A stretch of 56,868 bases of DNA from positions 1 to 56,868 of the forward strand of contig JAGMCR010000005.1 in the NCBI GenBank assembly GCA_023129115.1, read 5' to 3'. Below, one piece after another: positions 43,955 through 52,822 of the stretch; the stretch's first letter is position 1, and every line of letters starts with the position of its first letter. The position numbers and the translations under genes were made by a program. The notes below the pieces were generated by a model that worked only from the letters and a program-made list of their open reading frames with translations, was not told the origin of the DNA and ran no database searches. The stretch is from Candidatus Iainarchaeum sp. (GTDB taxonomy: Archaea; B1Sed10-29; WALL01).

Positions 43955-46690
43955 TCACGCCTTGGAAACCCCAATCGAGACAGTGGCTTCCTTGAATTTT
44001 ATGGACGCCTTTTCGTCGCCGCCCCCGGAGACAGACGCCTCCGACGCGTTGACTTTCTTCTGCACAATAGGCAATGCTTTCTCGAGCAAGTCGTGGCCCG
44101 AAGCGAAGAGAGCGATTTTGTCCTCGACCTTCAAGCCCATTTTCTTGCGCATGGACTGGGCCTGGCGGGCAACGTCAGAAGCGAGTGCCTCCGCGAGAAG
44201 CGAGTCGTCCATCTCCGTGTCGAGCTTCAGTTCCTTACCGGCGACTACTTCCTTCACGTTGCACTGGCTCTTCAGGATTGGGAAGAGTTCTTTGGACACG
44301 CCGGGGACTGTTAGCTTCTTCAAGGGCCAGCGGAGCTTTACGCCAGCCTCCTGCCGAAGCGTCGCGGCTTTTTCGATTGCGTCGCGGGCCTTTGCCATCT
44401 CCTCTTCCAGCGCGGCGTCCACGTACTTGTCTTCCACCGCGGGCCAGCCCGCGAGGTGCACGCTCTCATCCCCGAAGATTTCGAGGTTGAAGCCCTCCGA
44501 CAGGAACGGGAGCGCGGGGGCGAGCACGTGGTTCACGCGGTCAAGCGCGTAGTACAAAGTGGCGAACGCCTCTTGCTTGTCCGAGCCATCGTAAGTCGGC
44601 CACGTCCGGCCGCGGATTAGCTTGATGTAAAACCGGGACAAGTCGTTCATCACGAAGTCCGAGACGACGCCCATGGCCTTGTAGCCGAGGAAGCGCTCGT
44701 TGTACTCCGTCGCTTCCTTCACGACGCTGTTGACGCGCGACAAGAGCCAGCGGTCCCCGGGAGACGGGCTCTTTATTTCCGCTTTTTTGCAGTACAGGGT
44801 GAAGAACTTGAACGAGTTCTGCAGAATTGTGAAGAATCGGTGTACGTCATTGACCTTGTCCCACGCCCAGTCAAAGTCCGCCGACGGGTCGGACTCAAGG
44901 AAATAATACCGCAAAGTGTCGCGGGAATACTTCTCGATTACCTCTTCGGGGGACACGACGTTGCCCCTGCTCTTGCTCATCTTGACGCCGCCCTCGCTAA
45001 GCACGAGGCCGTGCTGCAGTATGTTGTCGAACGGGATGCGGCCGAACGTTATGTAGCCGCAGATTGCAAGTGAGTTCCACCAGCCCCGCGTCTGGTCAGG
45101 GCCCTCCAAAACGAATTTAACGGGCCAAAGCGACTCGAACGGCTCTTTCTCCCGCGGGTAGCCGAGCGACGCCCACGGCGCTGTCCCGGCGTCGAACCAG
45201 ACGTCCAGCACGTCAGGCACGCGCGACATTTCCTTGCCGCACTTGCACTTGAGCTTTATAGAGTCTATGAAGGGGCGGTGCAAATCGTCCGGGACAGTCG
45301 GCAATTCGTCGGTGGAGCCAATTACCTTTACCTCGCCGCACCCGCACTCCCAAATCGGGAGGGGAATGCCCCAGTAGCGCTGGCGGCTGATTGGCCAGTC
45401 GCCAAGGGACTCAAGCCAGTTGTGGAACCGCTTCCCGGCCCACGGGGGGACCCACGGGACTTTGCTGTTCTGCTTGATTAGGTCTTCCTTCATGTCACTG
45501 ACCTTGAAGAACCACTGCGGCATGTTGAGGAAGAGCAGTGGCGAGCTGCAGCGCCAGCACATTGGGTAGTCGTGCTCGAACTCTTCCGTGAGCAGCAAGT
45601 GGCCCGAGGCCTTGAGGTCCGTGATTATGACGGAGTCCGCGTCCTTGACGAACATGCCGGAGTACTTTCCGACTGTGCCGTCGTAGTGGCCGTTCGGGAG
45701 CACTGGGCACAGTATCGGCAATCCTTTTTCCTTGCCGACGCGCCAGTCCTCTTCGCCGTGCCCCGGCGCAGTGTGGACCATGCCAGTGCCCTCTTCCAGG
45801 TGGACGTAGCGCTGGCTCATCACGACGCGGTTGTCCACGCCTTTTTGGAGCGGGATGCCCATGGGGTGGTCGTATTCCCAGCCCTCCATTTCCTTGCCCT
45901 TGATTGTTTTCACGAGCGTGTAGCCGCTCTCGAGCTTTTCCATGACGCGCGGCAGCAATTCCTTGGCGACCCAGAGCTTGCCGGCCATGGTCTCGGCGAG
46001 GGCGTACTCGAACTTGGGGTGCGCCATTACTCCGGTGTTCGCGGGGAGGGTCCACGGCGTCGTGGTCCAAATCAACAGGAACTCGTCCTTGCCCTTGAGC
46101 TTGAACTTGACGTAGACAGAAGTGTCTTTTTTCTTTTCGTACTCTATTTCGTTGTACGCCACGACGGTCTCGCACGACGGGCAGACGTGCAGGGGGTACT
46201 CGCCCTTGTACAGCATGCCTTTGTCGAACGCGATTTTGAAGGTGTGCCACGCGCCCTCGATGTAGCTGTTCTTGTAAGTGATGTAAGGGTCTTCCCAGTC
46301 CATCCACACGCCAAGGTCGTCGAACTGTGTGCTCATCAATGCAAGGTGGTCTTCGGCGAACTTTTTGCACGCGGCGTTGAACTTGTCGACGCCCATTTTC
46401 TCGATGTCTTCCTTGCCGCGGAGGCCAAGCTGCTTCTCGAGCTTTACCTCAATCGGCAGGCCGTGCGTGTCGTAGCCGGGCTGGCTCCAGACGTCGAGGC
46501 CCTTCATGCGCAGGAAGCGCAGGTAGTAGTCCTTGAGTATCTTGTTGAACGCGGTGCCCATGTGGATTGCGCCCGTGGCGTAGGGCGGGCCGTCCAGGAA
46601 ATAGTACTTTTCCTTGCCCGAGTTCTTCTCCAGCGCCTTGCGGCGGGTGTTGTTGTCCGCCCAGTGCCTGATGACTTCGCTCTCGTCCAT
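43955..46690 (-). CDS. ileS: Isoleucyl-tRNA synthetase
   Basis: DGPPYA, HMGT, WTTTPWTLP, ISRQRYWG, EGPDQTRGW, KMSKS. Confidence 0.97.
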   Translation of the reverse strand: MDESEVIRHWADNNTRRKALEKNSGKEKYYFLDGPPYATGAIHMGTAFNKILKDYYLRFLRMKGLDVWSQPGYDTHGLPIEVKLEKQLGLRGKEDIEKMGVDKFNAACKKFAEDHLALMSTQFDDLGVWMDWEDPYITYKNSYIEGAWHTFKIAFDKGMLYKGEYPLHVCPSCETVVAYNEIEYEKKKDTSVYVKFKLKGKDEFLLIWTTTPWTLPANTGVMAHPKFEYALAETMAGKLWVAKELLPRVMEKLESGYTLVKTIKGKEMEGWEYDHPMGIPLQKGVDNRVVMSQRYVHLEEGTGMVHTAPGHGEEDWRVGKEKGLPILCPVLPNGHYDGTVGKYSGMFVKDADSVIITDLKASGHLLLTEEFEHDYPMCWRCSSPLLFLNMPQWFFKVSDMKEDLIKQNSKVPWVPPWAGKRFHNWLESLGDWPISRQRYWGIPLPIWECGCGEVKVIGSTDELPTVPDDLHRPFIDSIKLKCKCGKEMSRVPDVLDVWFDAGTAPWASLGYPREKEPFESLWPVKFVLEGPDQTRGWWNSLAICGYITFGRIPFDNILQHGLVLSEGGVKMSKSRGNVVSPEEVIEKYSRDTLRYYFLESDPSADFDWAWDKVNDVHRFFTILQNSFKFFTLYCKKAEIKSPSPGDRWLLSRVNSVVKEATEYNERFLGYKAMGVVSDFVMNDLSRFYIKLIRGRTWPTYDGSDKQEAFATLYYALDRVNHVLAPALPFLSEGFNLEIFGDESVHLAGWPAVEDKYVDAALEEEMAKARDAIEKAATLRQEAGVKLRWPLKKLTVPGVSKELFPILKSQCNVKEVVAGKELKLDTEMDDSLLAEALASDVARQAQSMRKKMGLKVEDKIALFASGHDLLEKALPIVQKKVNASEASVSGGGDEKASIKFKEATVSIGVSKA

Positions 46691-46783
46691 TCTAACCACG
46701 CGTGGCGTAAGATTTTGTTGGATTTGTATAAAAAGCCTGTGGGAGCAAACCATTTAAAAACCCGGCGTGCATATATTTTACCA

Positions 46784-48823
46784 ATGGCAAAGGTTGTCCT
46801 GCCCGCGCACCACGTAGACATAATCCACTCCAGCAAGCGCAGGGCGCTGCCGTCCGGCGAGCGGCCAAGTGGCCATGTGATGGGCTTCGTCGACAAGAAG
46901 GGCAACGACACGGGAGTGTTTTTGGCCGGCACGCAAGTGCACGACGTCACGCACCTCAACTTTTTGCCGCTCCTGGGCTCGAGGCACGGCCGGAACAGGG
47001 ACGTGGTCTCTGTCAAGACGCCGGAGGGCAGGCTCGTCTACAAGCTCCCGAAGAACACGCCTGCGCTGCCGCACACGATGCTGACGCTTGACGAGGAGCG
47101 CTACGACGAGCTGGAGGAGTCGATTCCCTGTGCGAGGCACGTCCGGACGCACGCACTGCCGGACGTCGCGTACACGAACCCGGCGGGCAATGTGCATAAC
47201 CTGGGGATGCGCGTCATTGTCGAGGAAGACGTCGGCCGCAAAAACCTTTCCGAAGAGCGGTTCAACATACACGTCTCAAAAAAAGGGCTTGGCCGGATGA
47301 AGGGCGCGCTCGCGCAGATGGTGCACAACTCAATCATCATGCTGCAGAAGGGCTACTTGATTGACATAAAGCCCGAGAACTTTGTGATTCGCGAGCGGGG
47401 CAAGAGGCACGAGCTCGTGCTCGTCGACAAGGACAGCCTCGCGGAAGTCGACGAGGACACTTGGCGGGGGAGCCTCAGGCTCCTCGGCGAGAACCTTGGC
47501 AAGTCGTTTGCCGACTTGTTCATGCTGAACGACCCGCTGCTCGACCACTCCCGCTACCACGACATCCGGGACTTTCTCGACGGCAAGATAATGTCGTGGA
47601 CCCTGGCGCCGCGCAAGGACCTGCAGGGAGAGGAATTGCCGGAGCTTACGGTCAAGGACGCCAACAAAATAATCGGGAGCATGCACGGCTACCTCGACAA
47701 AAAGTTTAGCCGCGAGCCAATAGAGATTGACACGAGGGGGAGGCTGAAGCTCCCGGTGCAGGAGCCAAAGAAAAAGAAGGCCCTCAGGAACTTCAACTTT
47801 GACGAGGGCGCGTCAAGCCAGGCCATAATGGAGTTGAGCGCCAAGTACGAGGACAGGCTCGGCAACCTGCTGCAGATGGACCACAACATCCGCAACCTTG
47901 AGGGAGAGCTGAAGAAGGGCTCGGACATGGGCTTGATTTCTGTTGGCCGCGGGAAACAAATAAACCGCTCGTTCCACTTCCACCGGCTGGCGATGCTTGA
48001 GGCCAAGATAGGCACGTACAAAAAAATCATTGCCGACCTGAAAAAAGCGGTGCCAGAAAGCCCTGCGGCAAAAAAAGAGATTGACGAGCATATTGCCTAC
48101 GCAAAGAAGCTGAAAAAGCTTTTCCGCAAAAAGTACAAGAAGACAAAGCAAGAGCTAGAGGAAGAAGAGGTGGCTGTTGGGACGCTGGAGTCTGTTGACC
48201 TTTACGATTACACGATGCCAGTGACGCATAACACGATACTGAAGGCACTAGACACATACAAGACGACCATGGCAAGCAACATAACGATGGAGGGGGCGGA
48301 GCTGTCCACAGCGCTTAAGCAAGCCGAGAAAGACGGGCAGCTGCCGGAGGGGACTGCCACGCGCCTCGGGACACTGCTCGCGATGCAGAACCTCTCGCTG
48401 CTCGAGAACGACTTCGAGATGTACCGGCACGCCCTCGACGGGCTCGAACAGCAGAAAAAAGACTTCCAGCAAAGGCGATACGACGAGTTCAGGCACATGG
48501 TCGAGACACAACGCCTTGACGGGCTGATGGAGAGCATCCGAAAGAACAGGCAAATGCAGTCCGTGAACGACTACCTCGCCACCGACTACGTCGGGAAGCA
48601 AATCAATGTGCTCGCCCAGAACAAGGACAGGCACGGGTTCAAGGTGCTGCTCAAGTCCATGAGCGAGGGAGAGCTCGATGAATTGAGCAAGGCAGTGAGC
48701 AGCCTGCCCAAGCAAACAGAAGACGAGCTCGACTACAACATCGAGCGGTGCGAAAAAAACCTCACTGAATTGGAGAAGCTGATAGCACCCGTAAAAAAGC
48801 TCACCGACCAGTACTATCAATAA
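46784..48823 (+). CDS. Protein-kinase-like domain plus long helical/coiled-coil C-terminus (679 aa)
   Basis: LVYKLP, YLIDIKPENF, LVLVD; the track's longer N-terminus is antisense to ileS. Confidence 0.7.
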   Translation: MAKVVLPAHHVDIIHSSKRRALPSGERPSGHVMGFVDKKGNDTGVFLAGTQVHDVTHLNFLPLLGSRHGRNRDVVSVKTPEGRLVYKLPKNTPALPHTMLTLDEERYDELEESIPCARHVRTHALPDVAYTNPAGNVHNLGMRVIVEEDVGRKNLSEERFNIHVSKKGLGRMKGALAQMVHNSIIMLQKGYLIDIKPENFVIRERGKRHELVLVDKDSLAEVDEDTWRGSLRLLGENLGKSFADLFMLNDPLLDHSRYHDIRDFLDGKIMSWTLAPRKDLQGEELPELTVKDANKIIGSMHGYLDKKFSREPIEIDTRGRLKLPVQEPKKKKALRNFNFDEGASSQAIMELSAKYEDRLGNLLQMDHNIRNLEGELKKGSDMGLISVGRGKQINRSFHFHRLAMLEAKIGTYKKIIADLKKAVPESPAAKKEIDEHIAYAKKLKKLFRKKYKKTKQELEEEEVAVGTLESVDLYDYTMPVTHNTILKALDTYKTTMASNITMEGAELSTALKQAEKDGQLPEGTATRLGTLLAMQNLSLLENDFEMYRHALDGLEQQKKDFQQRRYDEFRHMVETQRLDGLMESIRKNRQMQSVNDYLATDYVGKQINVLAQNKDRHGFKVLLKSMSEGELDELSKAVSSLPKQTEDELDYNIERCEKNLTELEKLIAPVKKLTDQYYQ

Positions 48824-50226
48824 GCGTTGCTGAACAAGCCGATGCTTTCCGCTTTCTTGCCGCAGCCAATGCACTTGCCGCTAGGCTTTGCCCCAAGCAC
48901 AGTGCCCCGGAACTCAAGCCGCTTCATCGACCCCTCGAGCTTTCCCCAGCACTTCGCGTCGCCGCACACCGGCACGAGCACGGGCAACGCCGCCTTGTCG
49001 GCCTCGCGCAGCGAGTCCCTGGACTTGGCGTTGGCGATTGCCTGCTCGTGGAACTCGAGCGCTTTTTTCTTCATGGACTTCGTGATTTCTGCCAATAGCT
49101 TGGCTACTTCCTTGTCCACGTCTTTTAGTTTTACGGCTTTCTTTTGGCGCGTGTCCCTGCGCACGAGGACGGCCTCGCCCTTCTCGACGTCGCGTGGCCC
49201 GACTTCTATCCGGACGGGCACGCCCTTGAGTTCCCAGCGGTAGTACTTCGCGCCGGGGTTGTCGTCAGACGTGTCGATTTCCTTGCGGCACGAAAGCGAG
49301 CCGAAGACTTTTTTGGCGGCGGACTCGATTTTTTTCTTGTCGCCCTTGAACACGACCGGAACGACGACCGCCTGTATCGGCGCGAACGCCGGCGGCAGCA
49401 CGAGGCCGTGCTCGTCGCCGTGCACCCCAATGACTGCCGCGATTATTCTCGACGAAATCCCGTGGCTGTTGAGGTGGCACAATTGCTGCTCGCCCTTCTC
49501 GTTTTCGTACATTACCTCGAACGTTTTTGAGAAGCCGGTGCCGAGGTCGTGGCTCGTCGCCGACTGTAATGTCTTGTAGTCGGGCATGACGACGTCCCAC
49601 GACACGGTTTTCACGGCGCCGGGGAAGCGGTCCCACTCCGGCCGCTCGACGACGACGGCGGGCACGCAGAGCGCGGCGAAGAAGTCGTCGTACGCCTTGC
49701 GGATTAACTCCATTTCTTCGTCCACGCCCTTCTGGTCCGGGTGGGCGCAGTGCGCTTCCTTGAACGTGGATATCTCGCGGTCCCGGATTAGTGGGCGGGT
49801 GTGCTTTGTCTCGTAGCGGAACGTGTTGACGATTTGGTAGATTTTTAATGGCAGGTCGGCGTGGCTGCGTATCCAGAGCTTGAACAATGGGTACATCACG
49901 GTTTCGCTGGTCGGCCGGAGCGCGAGCGGGACCTCGAGGTCCGAGAGGCCGCCTTTGGTGACCCAGTAGACTCCGTCCTCGAAGCCCTTGATGTGCTTGG
50001 CTTCCTTCATTAGCTGGTCTTCGGGGATGAGGAGCGGGAACAGGGTCTCGTCGTGGCCTGTCTCGTCCATCAAGCGGCGCAATTCGCCGAACACGAGCGT
50101 GCGCAGCTTGAACCCGAACGGGCGCCAGGCGTACGTGCCCTTAAGGTTGTAGCGGGAGTCGATTACTTCGGCTTCCTCGAGCACCGAGTGGTACCAGTCA
50201 GAAAAGTCAGCTCTTGAAGTTTCCAT
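48817..50226 (-). CDS. proS: Prolyl-tRNA synthetase, archaeal/eukaryotic type
   Basis: LRPTSE, FRYETKHTRPLIRDRE, WELKGVP, C-terminal AY. Confidence 0.97.
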   Translation of the reverse strand: METSRADFSDWYHSVLEEAEVIDSRYNLKGTYAWRPFGFKLRTLVFGELRRLMDETGHDETLFPLLIPEDQLMKEAKHIKGFEDGVYWVTKGGLSDLEVPLALRPTSETVMYPLFKLWIRSHADLPLKIYQIVNTFRYETKHTRPLIRDREISTFKEAHCAHPDQKGVDEEMELIRKAYDDFFAALCVPAVVVERPEWDRFPGAVKTVSWDVVMPDYKTLQSATSHDLGTGFSKTFEVMYENEKGEQQLCHLNSHGISSRIIAAVIGVHGDEHGLVLPPAFAPIQAVVVPVVFKGDKKKIESAAKKVFGSLSCRKEIDTSDDNPGAKYYRWELKGVPVRIEVGPRDVEKGEAVLVRRDTRQKKAVKLKDVDKEVAKLLAEITKSMKKKALEFHEQAIANAKSRDSLREADKAALPVLVPVCGDAKCWGKLEGSMKRLEFRGTVLGAKPSGKCIGCGKKAESIGLFSNAY

Positions 50227-50405
50227 TGAAAAACCCCCTTTTCCAAGGATTGGGGGATAAAGGGCGCGGGGGTATAAAAGGATGCCTCTGGAGAGCGAAT
50301 GGCTGCCTAGGGACGGGCACCACCGGCTTCTGGGGGACTGCCCAACCAGCCACAAGGGCTCTGGGGGAATGCTACTACCGGCCTCTGGGGAAGCGAACCC
50401 AAGCT

Positions 50406-50440
50406 GGGGGGTGCTGCCGCCAATTGGCGCAGCACCCCCC
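50406..50440. repeat. G6-CAATTG-C6 palindrome, copy 4
   Basis: gggggg tgctgccgcc aatt ggcgcagca cccccc. Confidence 0.85.
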
Positions 50441-50640
50441 AATGCCGTTCATGGCGCCCCCCAAGTCCTTTGGTTAAGGGAGGAGCACCCAGCCATGCCC
50501 CCCGGTTGGGCTTCTGCTCCGGAGGAGAAGAGAGGAGAGCGGCAGGTGGGGCAGCCCTCCGGTTTTCCTGCGTTGTCCCTCTCGTCTCCTGCATAGGTTT
50601 TTATATGGATACATCTTAAACATTAATAGGAGGGGCTATT

Positions 50641-51012
50641 ATGCCCGAAGAAGCTAAAAAACAGGAAGAAACCGAGGAAGAGGACGATTCACTGGCTTTT
50701 GCCAATGCCCAGGTAGTGAGGGTTATGAGGGCCAACGTGGCACCGGACAAGATGATTAAGTCCGCTGTCAAGAAGGAGATGAACCTGTTCCTCGAGCAGG
50801 TGTGCGGCGACGTGTCCAAGAGGATGGACAAGTTCCCCTACGCCATGATTGACCGGAGAATGTTCGACGAAGCCACAGAGGCCTACAGGACCATGGACAA
50901 GGTCGTCGAGGAAAAGAAGCGCATAATTTCACACCTCGAGGCAATCAAGGCCGACTGCGACAAGCTCATCAGAGACGTCGAAGAGACGTTCAAAGTGGAA
51001 GAGGAAGACTAA
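50641..51012 (+). CDS. Histone-fold protein with C-terminal coiled coil and acidic ends
   Basis: LAFANAQVVRVMR..KMIKSAVK..MNLFLE resembles NF-YB/HMf folds. Confidence 0.75.
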   Translation: MPEEAKKQEETEEEDDSLAFANAQVVRVMRANVAPDKMIKSAVKKEMNLFLEQVCGDVSKRMDKFPYAMIDRRMFDEATEAYRTMDKVVEEKKRIISHLEAIKADCDKLIRDVEETFKVEEED

Positions 51013-51015
51013 GCC

Positions 51016-51067
51016 TTTTCCGCCAGCGCTTTTCCACTGTTCAGCCGACAGGCTGTAACAGAAAAAG
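51016..51067 (-). repeat. Dispersed bulged-hairpin element, copy B
   Basis: Reverse complement ctttttctgttacag-cctgtcgg-ctgaacagtggaaaagcg. Confidence 0.8.
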
Positions 51068-51172
51068 CGTCGTTTTGCGCAGCAACAGGGCTAGCGGCAG
51101 CTGGCGCGTGTAAAGAAAAGAAAAAGAGATATTCGGGACGCGGCGAGCGCGTCCCGGAGTTTTAGACGAAAT

Positions 51173-51346
51173 TTAGAGGTCGGCTGCGCGAACGGTCTTG
51201 CGGCCGTTTGCCTTCGCACGCCTGATGGCGCGGTCAACCATGTCAGCCACATTCTTCGAGAGAGCCTCGCAGAAGTCGCCAGCCATGTTGGCCTTGTTCT
51301 TCTTAACTTCGTCCCTAACCTTGCTCTGAACAACTAATACGTCCAT
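51173..51346 (-). CDS. Short histone (alpha3-truncated, face-to-face/Bd0055-like), 57 aa
   Basis: LVVQSKVR...RAKANGRKTVRAADL; GAGGT SD. Confidence 0.88.
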   Translation of the reverse strand: MDVLVVQSKVRDEVKKNKANMAGDFCEALSKNVADMVDRAIRRAKANGRKTVRAADL

Positions 51347-51467
51347 TTGAATTACCTCGCTACCATTGCTGGCACTGTCATTTATATAGGTTTCGCCGTT
51401 TTTGCCAATATTTGGCGGTTTAGAGCCGATTTGACGCTCTTCGGAAGCCCAGCGCCCGGGAAGAGTT

Positions 51468-51890
51468 TTATCGCTTGGGGGATATTTTCTTGAGTGAAAC
51501 TTTTTGTTGGGATTGGTCAAAAGTTATGACGAACTTGTCAAAGAAGCCCAAACGCCCCAACAAAATCGGGAAATCATAATCCCCCATTATGACTTTTACA
51601 GGCACTGAAAGGCGGTACTTCTCATGCCCTTTTTCCACGAGTATCTTCATCCTTGTGTCAACAGCGTCTACTTTCCCGCCAATCCCAAAAGCAGGGCTCC
51701 TCTTTGCCCTCAAATCTAGCCCTATGATTTCAGCAACGTCCCGGGGGATAGCAGATATGTCCGCACCAGAGTCCAAAAGAGCCACGGTATCAAACTGTTC
51801 TTTTCCGATAAGGGATATAGGGATAGAAGGCGTTTTAACCGTGGTGCCATCCGGACGCTTAATAGACTTGTAGTTAAATTTAAGTGCCAT
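51468..51890 (-). CDS. Retropepsin-like aspartyl protease
   Basis: ALLDSGAD, GIGG, ILLGR. Confidence 0.88.
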   Translation of the reverse strand: MALKFNYKSIKRPDGTTVKTPSIPISLIGKEQFDTVALLDSGADISAIPRDVAEIIGLDLRAKRSPAFGIGGKVDAVDTRMKILVEKGHEKYRLSVPVKVIMGDYDFPILLGRLGFFDKFVITFDQSQQKVSLKKISPKR

Positions 51891-51891
51891 C

Positions 51892-52086
51892 TTAGAATAT
51901 CATGCTTTCCTTGTCAGGAATCCGCGTCACAAGCGGCCGTGCGCCAGGACAAGCCTTTTTCGCTTCCCTGAAAACCTTTTTCACGTCCTTCCCGTGCGAA
52001 ACTATCCTTTTTTCACATATGGCGACCCATTGGCCGATGTACTCGTCAACATTTGTCTCCATGAAAAATTGATAGTCCTCCTTCAT
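51892..52086 (-). CDS. DUF5678-like small protein
   Basis: Y.GQWVAI....IVSHG pattern. Confidence 0.8.
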   Translation of the reverse strand: MKEDYQFFMETNVDEYIGQWVAICEKRIVSHGKDVKKVFREAKKACPGARPLVTRIPDKESMIF

Positions 52087-52145
52087 GATACCTCACCAAG
52101 CCTAAAACATATCCCTTCAGACTTATAACCTTAAGCCTATTGAAC

Positions 52146-52610
52146 TCAAGCGGTTTTTACGAGGCTGCTCTTGTCAATATGTTTCAATTTGCCGCTCTTC
52201 ATGTCGAGGTCGATGCGCAGCATTTTCAGGCTCCTGGTCACGACGGCGACCTTCCACTCGCCGTTCCGCAGCGTAATGATGACCTTGGTCGGGACCTCGC
52301 GCTGCGCAGCCAAAACATCGGTCAGCCTCGAGAGCAAGTCTTTTGCCGGCAGGGCGCCCTTGTGCTCAAGCTCTTGGTAGTCGCCCTCAATCAATGGCGT
52401 GCTCGCCTCGCCCTTGGACACGCCGCCCGGCGTGACTTCGGCAGAAAAGACCCTCTGCTCGTCCGGGTTGAAGTAGACAAGCGTCCACTCCGTTATCTCG
52501 TTTAAATTCTCGGGAATCGCCATTAGGCTGCTCAAGTAATAGCCCTTGCCTTTGTGCTCCTGCACGTCAGGGTCGTTTTCCGCGGTCTCCACTGCCTCAG
52601 CCACTTCCAT
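52146..52610 (-). CDS. Hypothetical protein
   Basis: Operon-packed ORF. Confidence 0.8.
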   Translation of the reverse strand: MEVAEAVETAENDPDVQEHKGKGYYLSSLMAIPENLNEITEWTLVYFNPDEQRVFSAEVTPGGVSKGEASTPLIEGDYQELEHKGALPAKDLLSRLTDVLAAQREVPTKVIITLRNGEWKVAVVTRSLKMLRIDLDMKSGKLKHIDKSSLVKTA

Positions 52611-52796
52611 TCAGAACAGCCCGATAAAGATTATGGCGGCGCCCAGGGACAAGGCAATGGCGCCGTACATGCGGTACGTCAAGTCGTCGTACTTCAGCCA
52701 CTTCCTGAGCCGCTTCCTCGCGGTCTCTGGCGAGAAAAAGTAGGGCAATCCCTTCGTCAAGGCCGCGAGCCCGATAATGAGCACAACGTAGTCCAT
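52611..52796 (-). CDS. DUF2065-like small membrane protein
   Basis: GLPYFFSP...RMYGA pattern, 2 TM. Confidence 0.7.
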   Translation of the reverse strand: MDYVVLIIGLAALTKGLPYFFSPETARKRLRKWLKYDDLTYRMYGAIALSLGAAIIFIGLF

Positions 52797-52822
52797 GCAG
52801 GGGATTAGTGCGGCAGGGGTAT

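Noticed and set aside
45572-46783. N-terminal 404 aa of the 1083-aa track ORF
   Set aside because: Antisense to ileS; the real start is ATG 46784 after a TTTAAA promoter.
50281-50400. Mini CRISPR array
   Set aside because: Repeats are short and degenerate, spacing is irregular, and no cas genes are present.
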